A DNA stretch of 64,000 bases from an uncultured Peptococcaceae bacterium (GTDB lineage Bacteria; Bacillota; Dehalobacteriia; UBA4068; UBA4997), in assembly GCA_965149945.1 (NCBI GenBank), contig CBCTTQ010000001.1, positions 60,637-124,636 on the forward strand, given 5' to 3'. Numbering within the stretch: the first letter of the stretch is position 1; every line of letters begins with the position of its first letter. Positions 10,350 through 19,854 of this stretch are shown one piece after another. The position numbers were made by a program, and so were the translations under genes. The notes below the pieces were generated by a model. The model was not told where the DNA came from, did not search any database, and saw only the letters and a list, made by a program, of their open reading frames with translations.

Positions 10350-11173
10350 AACAGACCACCTCCTACGCTGTCCTTACTGCCCAAAATCTTCATGATGTAC
10401 ATGGAGACCAGAATCAGGATCATCATCAGGATAGAGATAGCGGAGCCGAAGTACCAGTTGCCCGACTCCAGAAACTGTTTTTCGATCAAATTCCCGATCA
10501 TGGTGTACTGGCCGCCGCCCAGCAGACGGGAAATGACGAACGTGGTCACCGCCGGCATAAAGACCATGGTGATACCGGTGATGACGCCGGGCAGACTTTT
10601 GGGGAAGATGATTTTGCGGAACACCTGAAAGCGGTTGGCGCCCAGATCTTCCGCCGCCTCGATCAGACTACGATCCATTTTCACCATCACGGAGTAAATA
10701 GGCAGAATCATGAAGGGCAGGAAGTTATAGATCAGCCCCACATAAACGGCTCCTGACGTGTAAAGCATTTGAATGGGTTCTACTCCAAACCAGCCCAGGA
10801 TGGTGTTGATGATGCCGTTTTTTTGCAGCAGCGTCATCCAGGCGTAGGTGCGCAGCAGCATATTCATCCACATGGGCAGGATACAGAGGAAGATCAGGTA
10901 GCGTTTGCGGACGAAATCGCTGGTGGTGAGGATGAGCGCCAGCGGATAGCCCAGCAGCAGACACCACAGCGTACAGAAAAAAGCAATCTTCAAGGAACGC
11001 CACAATACCCCCAGATAAATAGGATCAAAGAATTTCTTGTAATTTTCCAGGGTGAATCCTCCGTCAATGGTGGTGAGACTGTAATAAATGACAATGAACA
11101 AGGGGACAATGATGAAAATGACCATCCAGACCAGATAGGGAGTCGCCAGAAAGCGGTTCGTTCTTTTGTTCAA
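10346..11173 (-). CDS. potB: spermidine/putrescine-type ABC transporter permease
   Basis: 275 aa, PotB-like permease (..LIEAAEDLGANRFQVFRKIIFPKSLPGV..). Confidence 0.85.
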   Translation of the reverse strand: MNKRTNRFLATPYLVWMVIFIIVPLFIVIYYSLTTIDGGFTLENYKKFFDPIYLGVLWRSLKIAFFCTLWCLLLGYPLALILTTSDFVRKRYLIFLCILPMWMNMLLRTYAWMTLLQKNGIINTILGWFGVEPIQMLYTSGAVYVGLIYNFLPFMILPIYSVMVKMDRSLIEAAEDLGANRFQVFRKIIFPKSLPGVITGITMVFMPAVTTFVISRLLGGGQYTMIGNLIEKQFLESGNWYFGSAISILMMILILVSMYIMKILGSKDSVGGGLF

Positions 11174-11189
11174 TTTTCCGCCCCCCTTC

Positions 11190-12257
11190 CTAAGTCGTCG
11201 GGAACGGACGACTGTTCGACGGACGCATGATGTGAATGGAGTCCGGGTCGATGTTCATGCCGATTTCCGTTCCTTCCGGGGCGAATTTGATATTTTGGAT
11301 CAGCCAAGTGAAATGGTCGGCGGCATGGGATTCCACCATCATTTCGTAATGGACGCCGTAAAAGACTACGGATTTTACCGTGCCTCGCAGCATACCTTCT
11401 TCCGGCGGTACCATTACGATGTCCTCGGGGCGTACCACCACTTCCACAGGGGTGTTTTCCCCGAAGCCTTTGTCCACACAAACGAATTCCCGATCGGAAA
11501 ACCGCACCAGCAAATCGCGGATCATCGTGCCGGGCAGAATGTTGCTTTCGCCGATGAAGTCGGCGACAAAGGCGTTTTTCGGTTCATTATAAATATCCAC
11601 CGGGCTGCCTGTCTGCTGAATGACGCCGTGGTTCAGCACCACCACGGTATCGCTCATGGCCAGCGCTTCTTCTTGATCGTGGGTGACATAAAGGAAGGTA
11701 ATGCCCAGTCGCTGTTGCATCAGTTTCAGCTCCAGCTGCATGTCCTGGCGCATTTTTAAATCCAGCGCCGCCAAAGGTTCATCCAACAGCAGGATTTTCG
11801 GTTCGTTGACCAAGGCGCGAGCCATGGCGACCCGCTGCATCTGTCCCCCGGACAGAGAGTCGGGCCAGCGCCGTTCATACCCGTCCAAATTGACCAGATG
11901 GAGCGTTTCTTTGACCCGGCGGCGGATTTCGTCGGCGGGTACCTTGCGGATTTTTAAACCGAAGGCGATGTTGTCAAAGATATTCATATTGTCAAAGAGG
12001 GCATAGCGCTGGAAGACGGTGTTAAGGGGACGGCGGTGGGGCGGCACGTCGTTGATGCGTCTGCCGTCCAGGTAGATGCTGCCTTCGGTGGGCTGTTCAA
12101 AACCGGCGATCAGGCGCAGCAGGGTGGTTTTGCCGCAGCCGGAAGGTCCCAGCAGCGTCAGGAACGAGTTTTCTTTAATGGACAGATTGATGTTGCGGAG
12201 CACACGTTGCTCGCCAAAGTCTTTGCAGATGTTTTCCAGGCGGATAAGTTGGTTCAT
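11190..12257 (-). CDS. potA: spermidine/putrescine-type ABC transporter ATP-binding protein
   Basis: Walker [10 protein letters not shown], signature [15 protein letters not shown], Walker B ILLLDEPL, and a C-terminal TOBE-like domain. Start moved to the ATG at 12257, which has a GGAGG RBS (the track start at 12263 is TTG). Confidence 0.85.
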   Translation of the reverse strand: MNQLIRLENICKDFGEQRVLRNINLSIKENSFLTLLGPSGCGKTTLLRLIAGFEQPTEGSIYLDGRRINDVPPHRRPLNTVFQRYALFDNMNIFDNIAFGLKIRKVPADEIRRRVKETLHLVNLDGYERRWPDSLSGGQMQRVAMARALVNEPKILLLDEPLAALDLKMRQDMQLELKLMQQRLGITFLYVTHDQEEALAMSDTVVVLNHGVIQQTGSPVDIYNEPKNAFVADFIGESNILPGTMIRDLLVRFSDREFVCVDKGFGENTPVEVVVRPEDIVMVPPEEGMLRGTVKSVVFYGVHYEMMVESHAADHFTWLIQNIKFAPEGTEIGMNIDPDSIHIMRPSNSRPFPTT

Positions 12258-12273
12258 AGGCAATCCTCCGAGT

Positions 12274-14190
12274 TTAAGACAGCGTCATGCCGTCGGGCGG
12301 CATGACGGGGGAAACGGGAAAATCCGACCGCGGATCGACCGTCAGGACACAGGTTATCCGCCGGGGATCATCATACAGCGCCTGGGTGGTGATCCCGTCG
12401 CCGGTATTGGGGTTTTGGACGGAGTAGACGAGATCGCCCAGGAAGGCCGCTGAGAGGATCACGCAGATGGTCAGCGCCCGCCGGAAGCCCAGCCGTCGCA
12501 GACAGTTGTCCAGGCGGGGCGCCAGCAGATAAACGATAACCATGCCTCCCAGCCCGAAGATGAGCAGTCCTTCGGCGCAGATGCGGCCGTTGAGATTAAG
12601 GAAATATCCGGAATAGTCCCACCAATGCTGTCCCATGAAGGTTTCCAGCAGGAAGGAGGTGGTGTATTCCAAAATGCCGCACAGCACGACCGCCGCGAAA
12701 AATTCCAGCGTGGGGCGGCTGCGCAGCTTATTCAAAACCGTAAGGATGACGACGCCGCCGACTCCGTAGATGGGCAGCCAGGGACCGTACATGGTGCCCC
12801 GGTTAACAAAGATCCCGTCTTCTACCAGATGCAGGGAAACTTCCCAGAGCCAGCCGATGAAAGAAAAGATGAAAAACAGCAGAATCAACGAGCAAACGGA
12901 ATAGTGACGGATGTAGTGGGTGCTGACCAGCAGATTTTTGCTGTTTCGCAGAGGCAGCGGCGAAAGGCGTACCGGATAGGTCTGTCCGTCATGAGCAAAA
13001 CGACAGCGCTTTGCCAGCACAGCGGCTGCTTGTTCCCGCTGGTATTGATGTTCACTGTTGTCATAGTAGAGCGTGATCCCGAAAATTTCTCCCATGATCC
13101 AGCGCAGGCTGTAACGGCGGGGCTGATGTTCGGCGTGTTTGGGCGGTTGATAGCTGGCTTCCGGATAGGTTTTGGCCAGGATATCAGCGTCGGCGGTTTC
13201 GTAGAGATAGCGGTCGTTTAATAAATCGGCGTCAGGGATGCCTTTGGCTATGGCTTCTTGCCGCAGACGGACATAGTATTCGCAGAAAGTAGCTGCCTGA
13301 TAAGCGTTGGAAAAGAAGATTCCCGAAAGCCCCAGAGTAAACAAGTTCAGCGCGTTCCAGCCGATGAAGGTCAGTTCATAGAGAAAACATTCCCATTTGT
13401 GTCCGTTCATCATACGGCGGGACAGATTGATGGCCTGGCGGGGCGATAAGTCGGGATTTTCCGCCAGGATATAAGGTACCAAAAAGTAAGAATAAAACTT
13501 GATGACGCCGCCGATGATGGTGAGGAACCACAGGTATTGAAAGATGGTGGCTACCATCATGGCAACAGAGGCTTTGCACCATTTTTTGACGCCCCGCAGG
13601 AAAAAAATCCGCTGGACGGGGACTTTTTCGTAGGTGCGTCCTTCTAAAAAGATTCTGCGCAAAATCACTTGGTAGATGTTTTGAATCAGCATCCACCAGA
13701 GGAATACCAAAGAGAAGCTGATCGTGATCAAAATGATCAGCGTCACCTGAGAAGAGACAAAGACATTGTGGATCATTTCTGCCAAACGGACGAGGATGTG
13801 GCCGGAGGTGATATTGTTGATCAACTGGGCCAAGGTGCCGTTGCTGCGGGCCATCATGCCGTCGCGGTATTTTTCGGCGTCTTCTATCATTTGCTGGCGG
13901 CTGATCTCGTCGCTGGCAGCCAGGTTGCCCGCGGCGATATTACGCAGCACGTCCGCCAGCCCGTGGTTGCCGGGGCGCATTTCCTGGTCGACTTCCGGTT
14001 CGCCGTAAAAGACCGCGTTAACGGTGCGTTCTGTCATGGTTTCGTTGTTCTGCCCTTTGATCAGGGCGGCGGAGTCGGTGAACTCCGAACCCAGCAGGGC
14101 GGCGGCCAGACAAATGACCAAAAACAGCCGATAATGGCGTTTGATGGATTTTCTGGCTCTGCGTTTCATTTCAGATAGTGTTCCGGTCAA
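12274..14190 (-). CDS. large polytopic membrane protein; C-terminal third resembles the putative ABC-transporter type IV (CmpB-like, WDYS motif) family
   Basis: 638 aa, about 12 predicted TM segments. The C-terminal region ..[49 protein letters not shown].. matches the DUF1113/CmpB-type signature. The N-terminal half resembles DUF975-type membrane domains. The stop is 16 bp before potA. TTG start at 14190. Confidence 0.55.
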   Translation of the reverse strand: MTGTLSEMKRRARKSIKRHYRLFLVICLAAALLGSEFTDSAALIKGQNNETMTERTVNAVFYGEPEVDQEMRPGNHGLADVLRNIAAGNLAASDEISRQQMIEDAEKYRDGMMARSNGTLAQLINNITSGHILVRLAEMIHNVFVSSQVTLIILITISFSLVFLWWMLIQNIYQVILRRIFLEGRTYEKVPVQRIFFLRGVKKWCKASVAMMVATIFQYLWFLTIIGGVIKFYSYFLVPYILAENPDLSPRQAINLSRRMMNGHKWECFLYELTFIGWNALNLFTLGLSGIFFSNAYQAATFCEYYVRLRQEAIAKGIPDADLLNDRYLYETADADILAKTYPEASYQPPKHAEHQPRRYSLRWIMGEIFGITLYYDNSEHQYQREQAAAVLAKRCRFAHDGQTYPVRLSPLPLRNSKNLLVSTHYIRHYSVCSLILLFFIFSFIGWLWEVSLHLVEDGIFVNRGTMYGPWLPIYGVGGVVILTVLNKLRSRPTLEFFAAVVLCGILEYTTSFLLETFMGQHWWDYSGYFLNLNGRICAEGLLIFGLGGMVIVYLLAPRLDNCLRRLGFRRALTICVILSAAFLGDLVYSVQNPNTGDGITTQALYDDPRRITCVLTVDPRSDFPVSPVMPPDGMTLS

Positions 14191-14364
14191 TTTCCCAAAT
14201 TCCTTTCTTTTTATCCCTTTTCCTGTTTTTCATAACGATGTTGTGATTCCTATACAAAAATAAATAGTTTCCGCGAGATTGTCCTCTTTTCGGACGGCAT
14301 GGCGGAGCGAAGGGCGCTTGATCTCCTTTTTGAGGGATCTTCTTCGTGTCTCTGATTGAAAAAA

Positions 14365-14406
14365 TGCCCGTCCCCGAGCGGTTTTGGTGGGGTAGTACGG
14401 GCGCCA
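14365..14406 (-). terminator. hairpin plus U-tract between alsT and the pot operon
   Basis: Minus-strand RNA GCCCGUACUACCCC-loop-GGGGACGGGC followed by AUUUUUUC. Sits downstream of the alsT stop but also downstream of a consensus promoter (see finding). Confidence 0.45.
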
Positions 14407-14418
14407 AATACCAATTTT

Positions 14419-14447
14419 ATTATAGCATACTTGTTAGGGGCTGACAA
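14419..14447 (-). promoter_or_regulatory. consensus-like sigma-A promoter (TTGTCA-17-TATAAT)
   Basis: Minus strand: TTGTCA at 14447-14442, 17-nt spacer, TATAAT at 14424-14419. Lies 20 bp after the alsT stop and about 230 nt before the 12274..14190 gene. Confidence 0.4.
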
Positions 14448-14467
14448 TGAAAAGCGGAAGACGGCGG

Positions 14468-15871
14468 TTATTTTTTTCGAAACCGTCGCCTTCTGTCGGG
14501 ACGCTTGATTTCACGGCGGAAAAATCGCCATTCCGCCACCGCTTCGCTGTTTAGTAAAAGCAGCGCCAACAGATTGGGAAAAATCATCAGACCGTTTAAA
14601 CTGTCCGCCAAAGCCCAAACCGCCTCCGTTTCCAGAAAAGGTCCCGCCAGCAGCGCCAGCAAAAACAAACAGCGAAATACTGTCAGCGCTCTTTTCCCTC
14701 GAAAAAGATAGGAAAAGCAACGCTCACTGTAATAATTCCAACCCAAGATGGTGGTGAAGGCGAAAATGATCAGGCAGACTGTGAGCAGGAAACTGCCCAG
14801 CTCGGGTACGGCGGCAAACCCTCTTTCAAAGGCGCGGGCGGTAATTTCCACGCCCTCCGCGGCGCGGAGGGGTACTTGGGTGCAGAGGATGGTCAGCCCG
14901 GTCATGGTGCAGATGACGATGGTGTCGAGAAAAGTGCCGGTCATGGAAATCAGTCCCTGACGGGCGGGATAACGGGTGCGGGCGGCGGCCGCCGCGATGG
15001 GAGCGGAGCCCAGGCCCGCTTCGTTGGAAAAGACGCCGCGGGAGATCCCCATTTGCACGGCTGTTCCCAGGAAACCTCCGCCGACGGCGCTCCCCGAAAA
15101 GGCACAGGAGAGGATTTGGCGCAGTACCTGCGGCAGGGCGGCGGCATGCTGCACCAGCACAAAAAGACAGGTCCCCACATAAAGTATCAGCATAAGCGGC
15201 ACCACCACCTGGGTGACTTTGGCGATACGCTTGATGCCGCCCAGTACCACCGCCCCCGCCAGGACAGTGACGATGACTGCTGTCAGCAGAGTCGCCGAGG
15301 AATATGGATGACCCCCCAAGACCAAAAGGGGCAGTCGGTCGCCGCCGAAATCTCGGACTGCCGCCGCGATGCCATGGATTTGGGTGATGGTACCGATGCC
15401 CAGCAGTCCGGCGCCGGCGCCGAACAGAGCAAAGGCCTTTGCCAGCCAGCGCCAATTTTTGCCCAGTCCCCGTTCGATATAAAGAAAAGGACCCCCCAGC
15501 ATCTGTCCTTGACTGTCGCGTATTCGATATTTGACAGCCAGGGTACATTCAGCAAATTTGGTAGCCATACCGAAAAAAGCAGCCACCCACATCCAGAAGA
15601 GGGCGCCCGGTCCTCCTGTCGCCAAAGCGGTGGCGACGCCCACAATGTTGCCGGTGCCGATGGTGGAAGAGAGGGCGGTGCAGAGGGCGCCGAAACCACT
15701 GACCTGGCCTTCGCCCCGTTCCCGACGGACAGCGTAAACCAGGGCGCGGGGCAGCTGCCAAAGCTGCAAACAACCTAACCGTAATGTAAAAAAAATGCCT
15801 GTCGCCAAAAGCAGCAGCAAAAGGGGAGTCCCCCAAATGATTTGATCCACTGTGCGCAGCCATTGCGTCAT
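14468..15871 (-). CDS. sodium:alanine (amino acid) symporter, AGCS family
   Basis: 467 aa, polytopic. ..GALCTALSSTIGTGNIVGVATALATGGPGALFWMWVAAFFGMATKFAE.. is diagnostic of the alanine/glycine:cation symporter family. GGGAGG RBS. Confidence 0.85.
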   Translation of the reverse strand: MTQWLRTVDQIIWGTPLLLLLLATGIFFTLRLGCLQLWQLPRALVYAVRRERGEGQVSGFGALCTALSSTIGTGNIVGVATALATGGPGALFWMWVAAFFGMATKFAECTLAVKYRIRDSQGQMLGGPFLYIERGLGKNWRWLAKAFALFGAGAGLLGIGTITQIHGIAAAVRDFGGDRLPLLVLGGHPYSSATLLTAVIVTVLAGAVVLGGIKRIAKVTQVVVPLMLILYVGTCLFVLVQHAAALPQVLRQILSCAFSGSAVGGGFLGTAVQMGISRGVFSNEAGLGSAPIAAAAARTRYPARQGLISMTGTFLDTIVICTMTGLTILCTQVPLRAAEGVEITARAFERGFAAVPELGSFLLTVCLIIFAFTTILGWNYYSERCFSYLFRGKRALTVFRCLFLLALLAGPFLETEAVWALADSLNGLMIFPNLLALLLLNSEAVAEWRFFRREIKRPDRRRRFRKK

Positions 15872-16199
15872 ACCGTTTCCTCCCTTGTTTTCACTCCTGT
15901 GTTACTGTACGGTTTTGGCAGCCGAATAGAACCGTCTGTCGCTTTTTTCTTCTTATTTTGATGATGACTTTTTTATCTTGTTGGTTGGGGGATGGTTACT
16001 TGAGGGATTTTTTGTGTTTGCCGCGGCCTTTTTCCGAGGGAGGATTTGTTGGGCGGCGGCGTGTTTTTTCGCGTTTTGGAGGTTATTGAATGTGGGGTTT
16101 CGCTGTTTTTTCTTTATTTTGGCGGGTAACGGACATAAAAAAGCCCTTTCCCTCATACATCATTAGCACGGATAAAAAACAAAAGGGGAGGCGGCGGCA

Positions 16200-17156
16200 T
16201 TGACAGTGGCGGCGGTGTTGTTTTTGCTGGGGATTTTTTTGATTGTGAAAGGCGGGGATTGGTTTGTGGACGCGGCGGGATGGCTGGCAAAAGTTTCCGG
16301 AATCCCGCCGGTGATTATCGGGGCGACGGTGGTCAGTCTCGCCACTACTCTGCCGGAGTTGCTGGTTTCCGTCATCGCGGCGGTGGAGGGAAAAACCGCC
16401 ATGGCTGTGGGCAATGCCGTCGGTTCCGTCAATGCCAACATCGGCTTGATTATGGCGGCGGCGGTGCTTTGGGCGCCTGCTGTGGTTCGGCGGCGGGAAC
16501 TGGCGCCGAAGGCTTTGTTGATGTTGGTGGCTTGCCTGCTTCTCTGGTTGTTGTCCTTTCATGGGGTGTTGACAGGGTTTGGCGCGGGGGTTTTGCTGGT
16601 GTTGTTTGGGGTATTTTTGGCGGAAAATCTGCGCGGCGCCAAACAGGCTCGCTTAAGCGGGGAACCGCTGCCCAGAAGGCGGGGAGATCTGCCTCGCAAT
16701 GTAGGGAAATTTCTGCTGGGCGCCGCCGCGATCATTGTAGGGGCGCGGCTTTTGGTGGAACACGGCAGTACCATTGCCCGCTGTCTCGGTGTGTCGGAAG
16801 CGGTGATCGGGGTGACCATTGTGGCCATCGGTACCTCTTTGCCGGAATTGGTTACCACCGTGACGGCGCTGGTCAAAAAGCAGTCGGAGCTGTCTCTTGG
16901 GAACATCATCGGCGCGAACATTATCGACTTGACGTTGATTCTTTCTGTATGTTCGCTGTTGTCCGATGGTCAGCTGCCTGTTTCCCGTCAAAGCGTCTTG
17001 TTGGATTCTCCCGTTTCGTTGCTGTTGGCGGCGTTGGCGGTATTGCCGCCGCTAATTTGCGGTCGTTTCCGTCGCGGCCAGGGATTGTTATTGTTGCTGT
17101 TGTACGGAAGTTATTTGCTCTTGGTGACCATCGGTGTCCCTTTGCCTTTTTTATAA
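16200..17156 (+). CDS. Ca2+/Na+ antiporter, CaCA (YrbG-like) family
   Basis: 318 aa with two internal alpha-repeats (GATVVSLATTLPELLVSV and GVTIVAIGTSLPELVTTV). TTG start after GGGGAGG. Confidence 0.8.
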   Translation: MTVAAVLFLLGIFLIVKGGDWFVDAAGWLAKVSGIPPVIIGATVVSLATTLPELLVSVIAAVEGKTAMAVGNAVGSVNANIGLIMAAAVLWAPAVVRRRELAPKALLMLVACLLLWLLSFHGVLTGFGAGVLLVLFGVFLAENLRGAKQARLSGEPLPRRRGDLPRNVGKFLLGAAAIIVGARLLVEHGSTIARCLGVSEAVIGVTIVAIGTSLPELVTTVTALVKKQSELSLGNIIGANIIDLTLILSVCSLLSDGQLPVSRQSVLLDSPVSLLLAALAVLPPLICGRFRRGQGLLLLLLYGSYLLLVTIGVPLPFL

Positions 17157-17199
17157 TCTTGGCGCCGTTGTCGTAAGAAGCATGGAAAGATAATGAGAA

Positions 17200-17232
17200 G
17201 AAAGACCCTTATGGGTCTTTCTTTGTTTTCCC
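17200..17232 (+). terminator. rho-independent terminator of the CaCA gene
   Basis: AAGACCC-ttat-GGGTCTT followed by TCTTTGTTTT. Confidence 0.55.
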
Positions 17233-18645
17233 GTCGCCGTTTGGGGGATTTTTTATTTTCTCTGTTTCGGCGGTTTCTTTGTTTTTTTGCTGTTTGTCGG
17301 GCTGTTTTTCATATTCTGTTTTTATCTTTTCGCGTAAGAGTATTTTCGGTTTTGCTGTTGGGAACAGGGGTTTTTGTGAAAAAGCGAAAATCAAAATGGG
17401 AAAATTTTCCTCTTTTGATGGGATTCTTTTCGAAAATTTGAAAAAATCAAGGATTAGGATTTTGCTAAAATATGTTTTCTCGTGGTTGCTTTTCATTATT
17501 TTACCAAAAAACTGTCTGTGGCAGGGAGAATCAGGAGGAATTGTTTTTCGTGCCTGTTCTCGCTATAATAAGGAAAGAAGATTCTTTTCATGGCGCCGCG
17601 CGCGGAAGGAGTCTGTCGCTTATTTTGTTTCGAGGAGTCGCGAGCGTTTCTTTGGTACGGCAAAACGATGATAAAATAACACAGAAACGCGGTCACGCGG
17701 CAGAGTGACGACAGCGCGGTAAGGAAGCAGACTGGTTGCGTGTCCGTCATTGCGCGAAAGGATGACAAGGCGTTTATTTTTCGAAAGATGAAATATTGTA
17801 AAAAAAGGATATCATAGAAGAAAAAGAGAATGGCGGGGAAGCTGAAAAGCAATATTTGCTCAGGATGAAGGTGAACCTTTGCTGTTATATGGTCGAATTT
17901 TGTCGTCGGGGATTTTCCTGAATTCGCTTCGGAGGATGAGGATTCATTCCTGAAAAAATCTTATATATAATATAGTAGAAAATTTTTCTTAAAAGGGAAA
18001 AAAACGGGGAAAAAGGAGAATTTTAGCAGGAAAAAACGCTGTGTAACGAGAAAAACAAGCATGGTTTTTCTCAGAGGAAAAAGTCTCCGCGGGAATTCCC
18101 GCGGGTCGGGCGGCGCCTATGTTCCGAATCGAGAAGGACGAGGATCTTTCTCCTAAAAAAGGACGTCTTTCGGCTGGATTCAACGAGGAAAGTTCCGTCG
18201 GCAAATATTAAATCGAGCGGTTAAAATTGTCAGTTAATTTTTCGAGAAATATCCTGTTTTCTTTTTTGTCTTGCGGAGCGGGGAAAAAAGACGCTGTTGA
18301 AAAATATCCCCAAGAGATTGGTGGAAAAAGGTGTTTTCTGTGGAAAACTCTGTGGAGAATTTGCGGCGTCATGGGGAAAGAAAAAATCCGCTTTTTCGGC
18401 GGACAGAAAAGAACAATCAAAAAAAGCATAAATATGCGTGGATTAACTGGAATAAAAAAAGAAATACAATTTTATATACAATATAATCCTTGGGTTTTTC
18501 AAAGGAAGAGAGCAAGTTTGCTTTTCCACCGAATCACTCTGTGGAAAATAGGGAAAAACTTCTGTTTTCTTTTACGATCGGTGGAGAAAGTTTTTTTTCG
18601 ATATCAAGACGGAAACAAAAACGCAGAAATATGAAGGAGGAACAA

Positions 18646-19431
18646 ATGAAAAATAAAGTTGAACTTTTTGATACGCACTGTCATTTGGACGATCCTAAGC
18701 TGAATGCTGATCTGTCCGGTGTGTTGGCACGGGCGAAGCAGGCGGGACTGGTGGGCATGGCCACTATCGGCTGCGATTATCGTTCTTCGCTGTTTGCTTT
18801 GCATCTGGCGGAAAAACATGAACAAGTGGTGGCGGCGGTGGGGGTACATCCTTCTGATGCCGATACTCTGACGCCGGAGATGCTGGAGGAAGTGGCAAAA
18901 CTGGCACAGGCGGAAAAAGCCCGCGCTATCGGCGAAATCGGCTTGGACTATCACTGGGACACCGTCCCGCGGGATCAGCAGAAAAAAGCCTTTGTGGAGC
19001 AAATCCATTTGGCAAAAGATCTGCATATGCCTATTATTATCCATGATCGGGAAGCCCACGGCGATTTGTTTAATATTTGCCGCAAAGAGCAGGCGGGCGC
19101 TTTCGGCGGGGTGATGCATTGTTTTTCCGGCAGTTGGGAACTGGCCAAAGAAGCCATGCGCATGGGATTTTTGATTTCTGTGGGCGGACCGCTCACTTTC
19201 AAAAACAGTCGCCAGCTGCCGGAAATCGTCAAACAAATCCCCCTGGATTATCTGCTGCTGGAAACAGACAGCCCCTATTTGACGCCGGAACCTTATCGCG
19301 GTAAAACCAACGAACCCGCCAATGTGTATTTTGTGGCGGAGCGAGCGGCGAGATTGCGCGCCATGGAAGTGGAGGAGCTGGCCCATATCACGACACAAAA
19401 CGCCAAAAAATTTTATGAAATTGAGGACTGA
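18646..19431 (+). CDS. tatD: TatD-family metal-dependent DNase/hydrolase
   Basis: VELFDTHCHLDD.., IGEIGLDYHWD, HxHxD and CFSG motifs. Start placed at the ATG at 18646, which has an AAGGAGG RBS (the ORF-track start at 18490 lacks an RBS). Confidence 0.85.
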   Translation: MKNKVELFDTHCHLDDPKLNADLSGVLARAKQAGLVGMATIGCDYRSSLFALHLAEKHEQVVAAVGVHPSDADTLTPEMLEEVAKLAQAEKARAIGEIGLDYHWDTVPRDQQKKAFVEQIHLAKDLHMPIIIHDREAHGDLFNICRKEQAGAFGGVMHCFSGSWELAKEAMRMGFLISVGGPLTFKNSRQLPEIVKQIPLDYLLLETDSPYLTPEPYRGKTNEPANVYFVAERAARLRAMEVEELAHITTQNAKKFYEIED

Positions 19432-19477
19432 ATCCCAAAAAAAAATCAACATTTCAAAAAAAATTTAAAAAAATTTT

Positions 19478-19520
19478 CCCGTGTTTAACAAAACGCCTGT
19501 TAAAGCACGGGATTTTTTTT
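19478..19520 (+). terminator. rho-independent terminator of tatD
   Basis: Long hairpin CCCGTGTTTAACA-aaacgcc-TGTTAAAGCACGGG followed by ATTTTTTTTG. Confidence 0.6.
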
Positions 19521-19642
19521 GCGAAAAAATTTTTTTGCCAAGCTTGGAATAAAAACCCTGCTAAAGGCATATACTTAAGAAAACGCCTGCTAAAGACGTT
19601 GAAAAAAGATTGTTTTGGGAAGAGACGATTTTTTTGACCCAA

Positions 19643-19671
19643 TTTGACAGAATTTGTGAAATGGGGTAGAA
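19643..19671 (+). promoter_or_regulatory. consensus-like sigma-A promoter upstream of yabE
   Basis: TTGACA (19643-19648), 17-nt spacer, TAGAAT (19666-19671). Lies about 180 nt upstream of the yabE start. Confidence 0.45.
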
Positions 19672-19854
19672 TAGAAATCGTTTTAATCCTGAAAGCAAAA
19701 TGCCTGCTAGAGAAGGTGGGCAGAAATTGACGGTTTTTTTCGGCTCTTTTTGGGGAAGAAAAAACGTAAAAAAACGGCAAAATTCAATCTATTGCCGAAA
19801 AAGGATCCGAACCCGTCAAAGAAACTTAAAGGAGGACGATCACAATTGAAAACA

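Noticed and set aside
15872-16199. Possible glycine riboswitch upstream of the Na+:alanine symporter
   Set aside because: Read the minus-strand leader. None of the conserved glycine-riboswitch elements (GGAGAG..CUCUGGAGAG..ACCGAAGGGGCAA) are present, only a purine-rich tract and a minor 6-bp hairpin.
17160-18645. ORFs 17193-17441, 17209-17496, 17496-17852 and 18227-18634 in the gene-free island
   Set aside because: Low-complexity Phe/Leu/Lys-rich translations with no RBS and no family resemblance. The region is treated as non-coding, with candidate RNA elements reported as findings instead.
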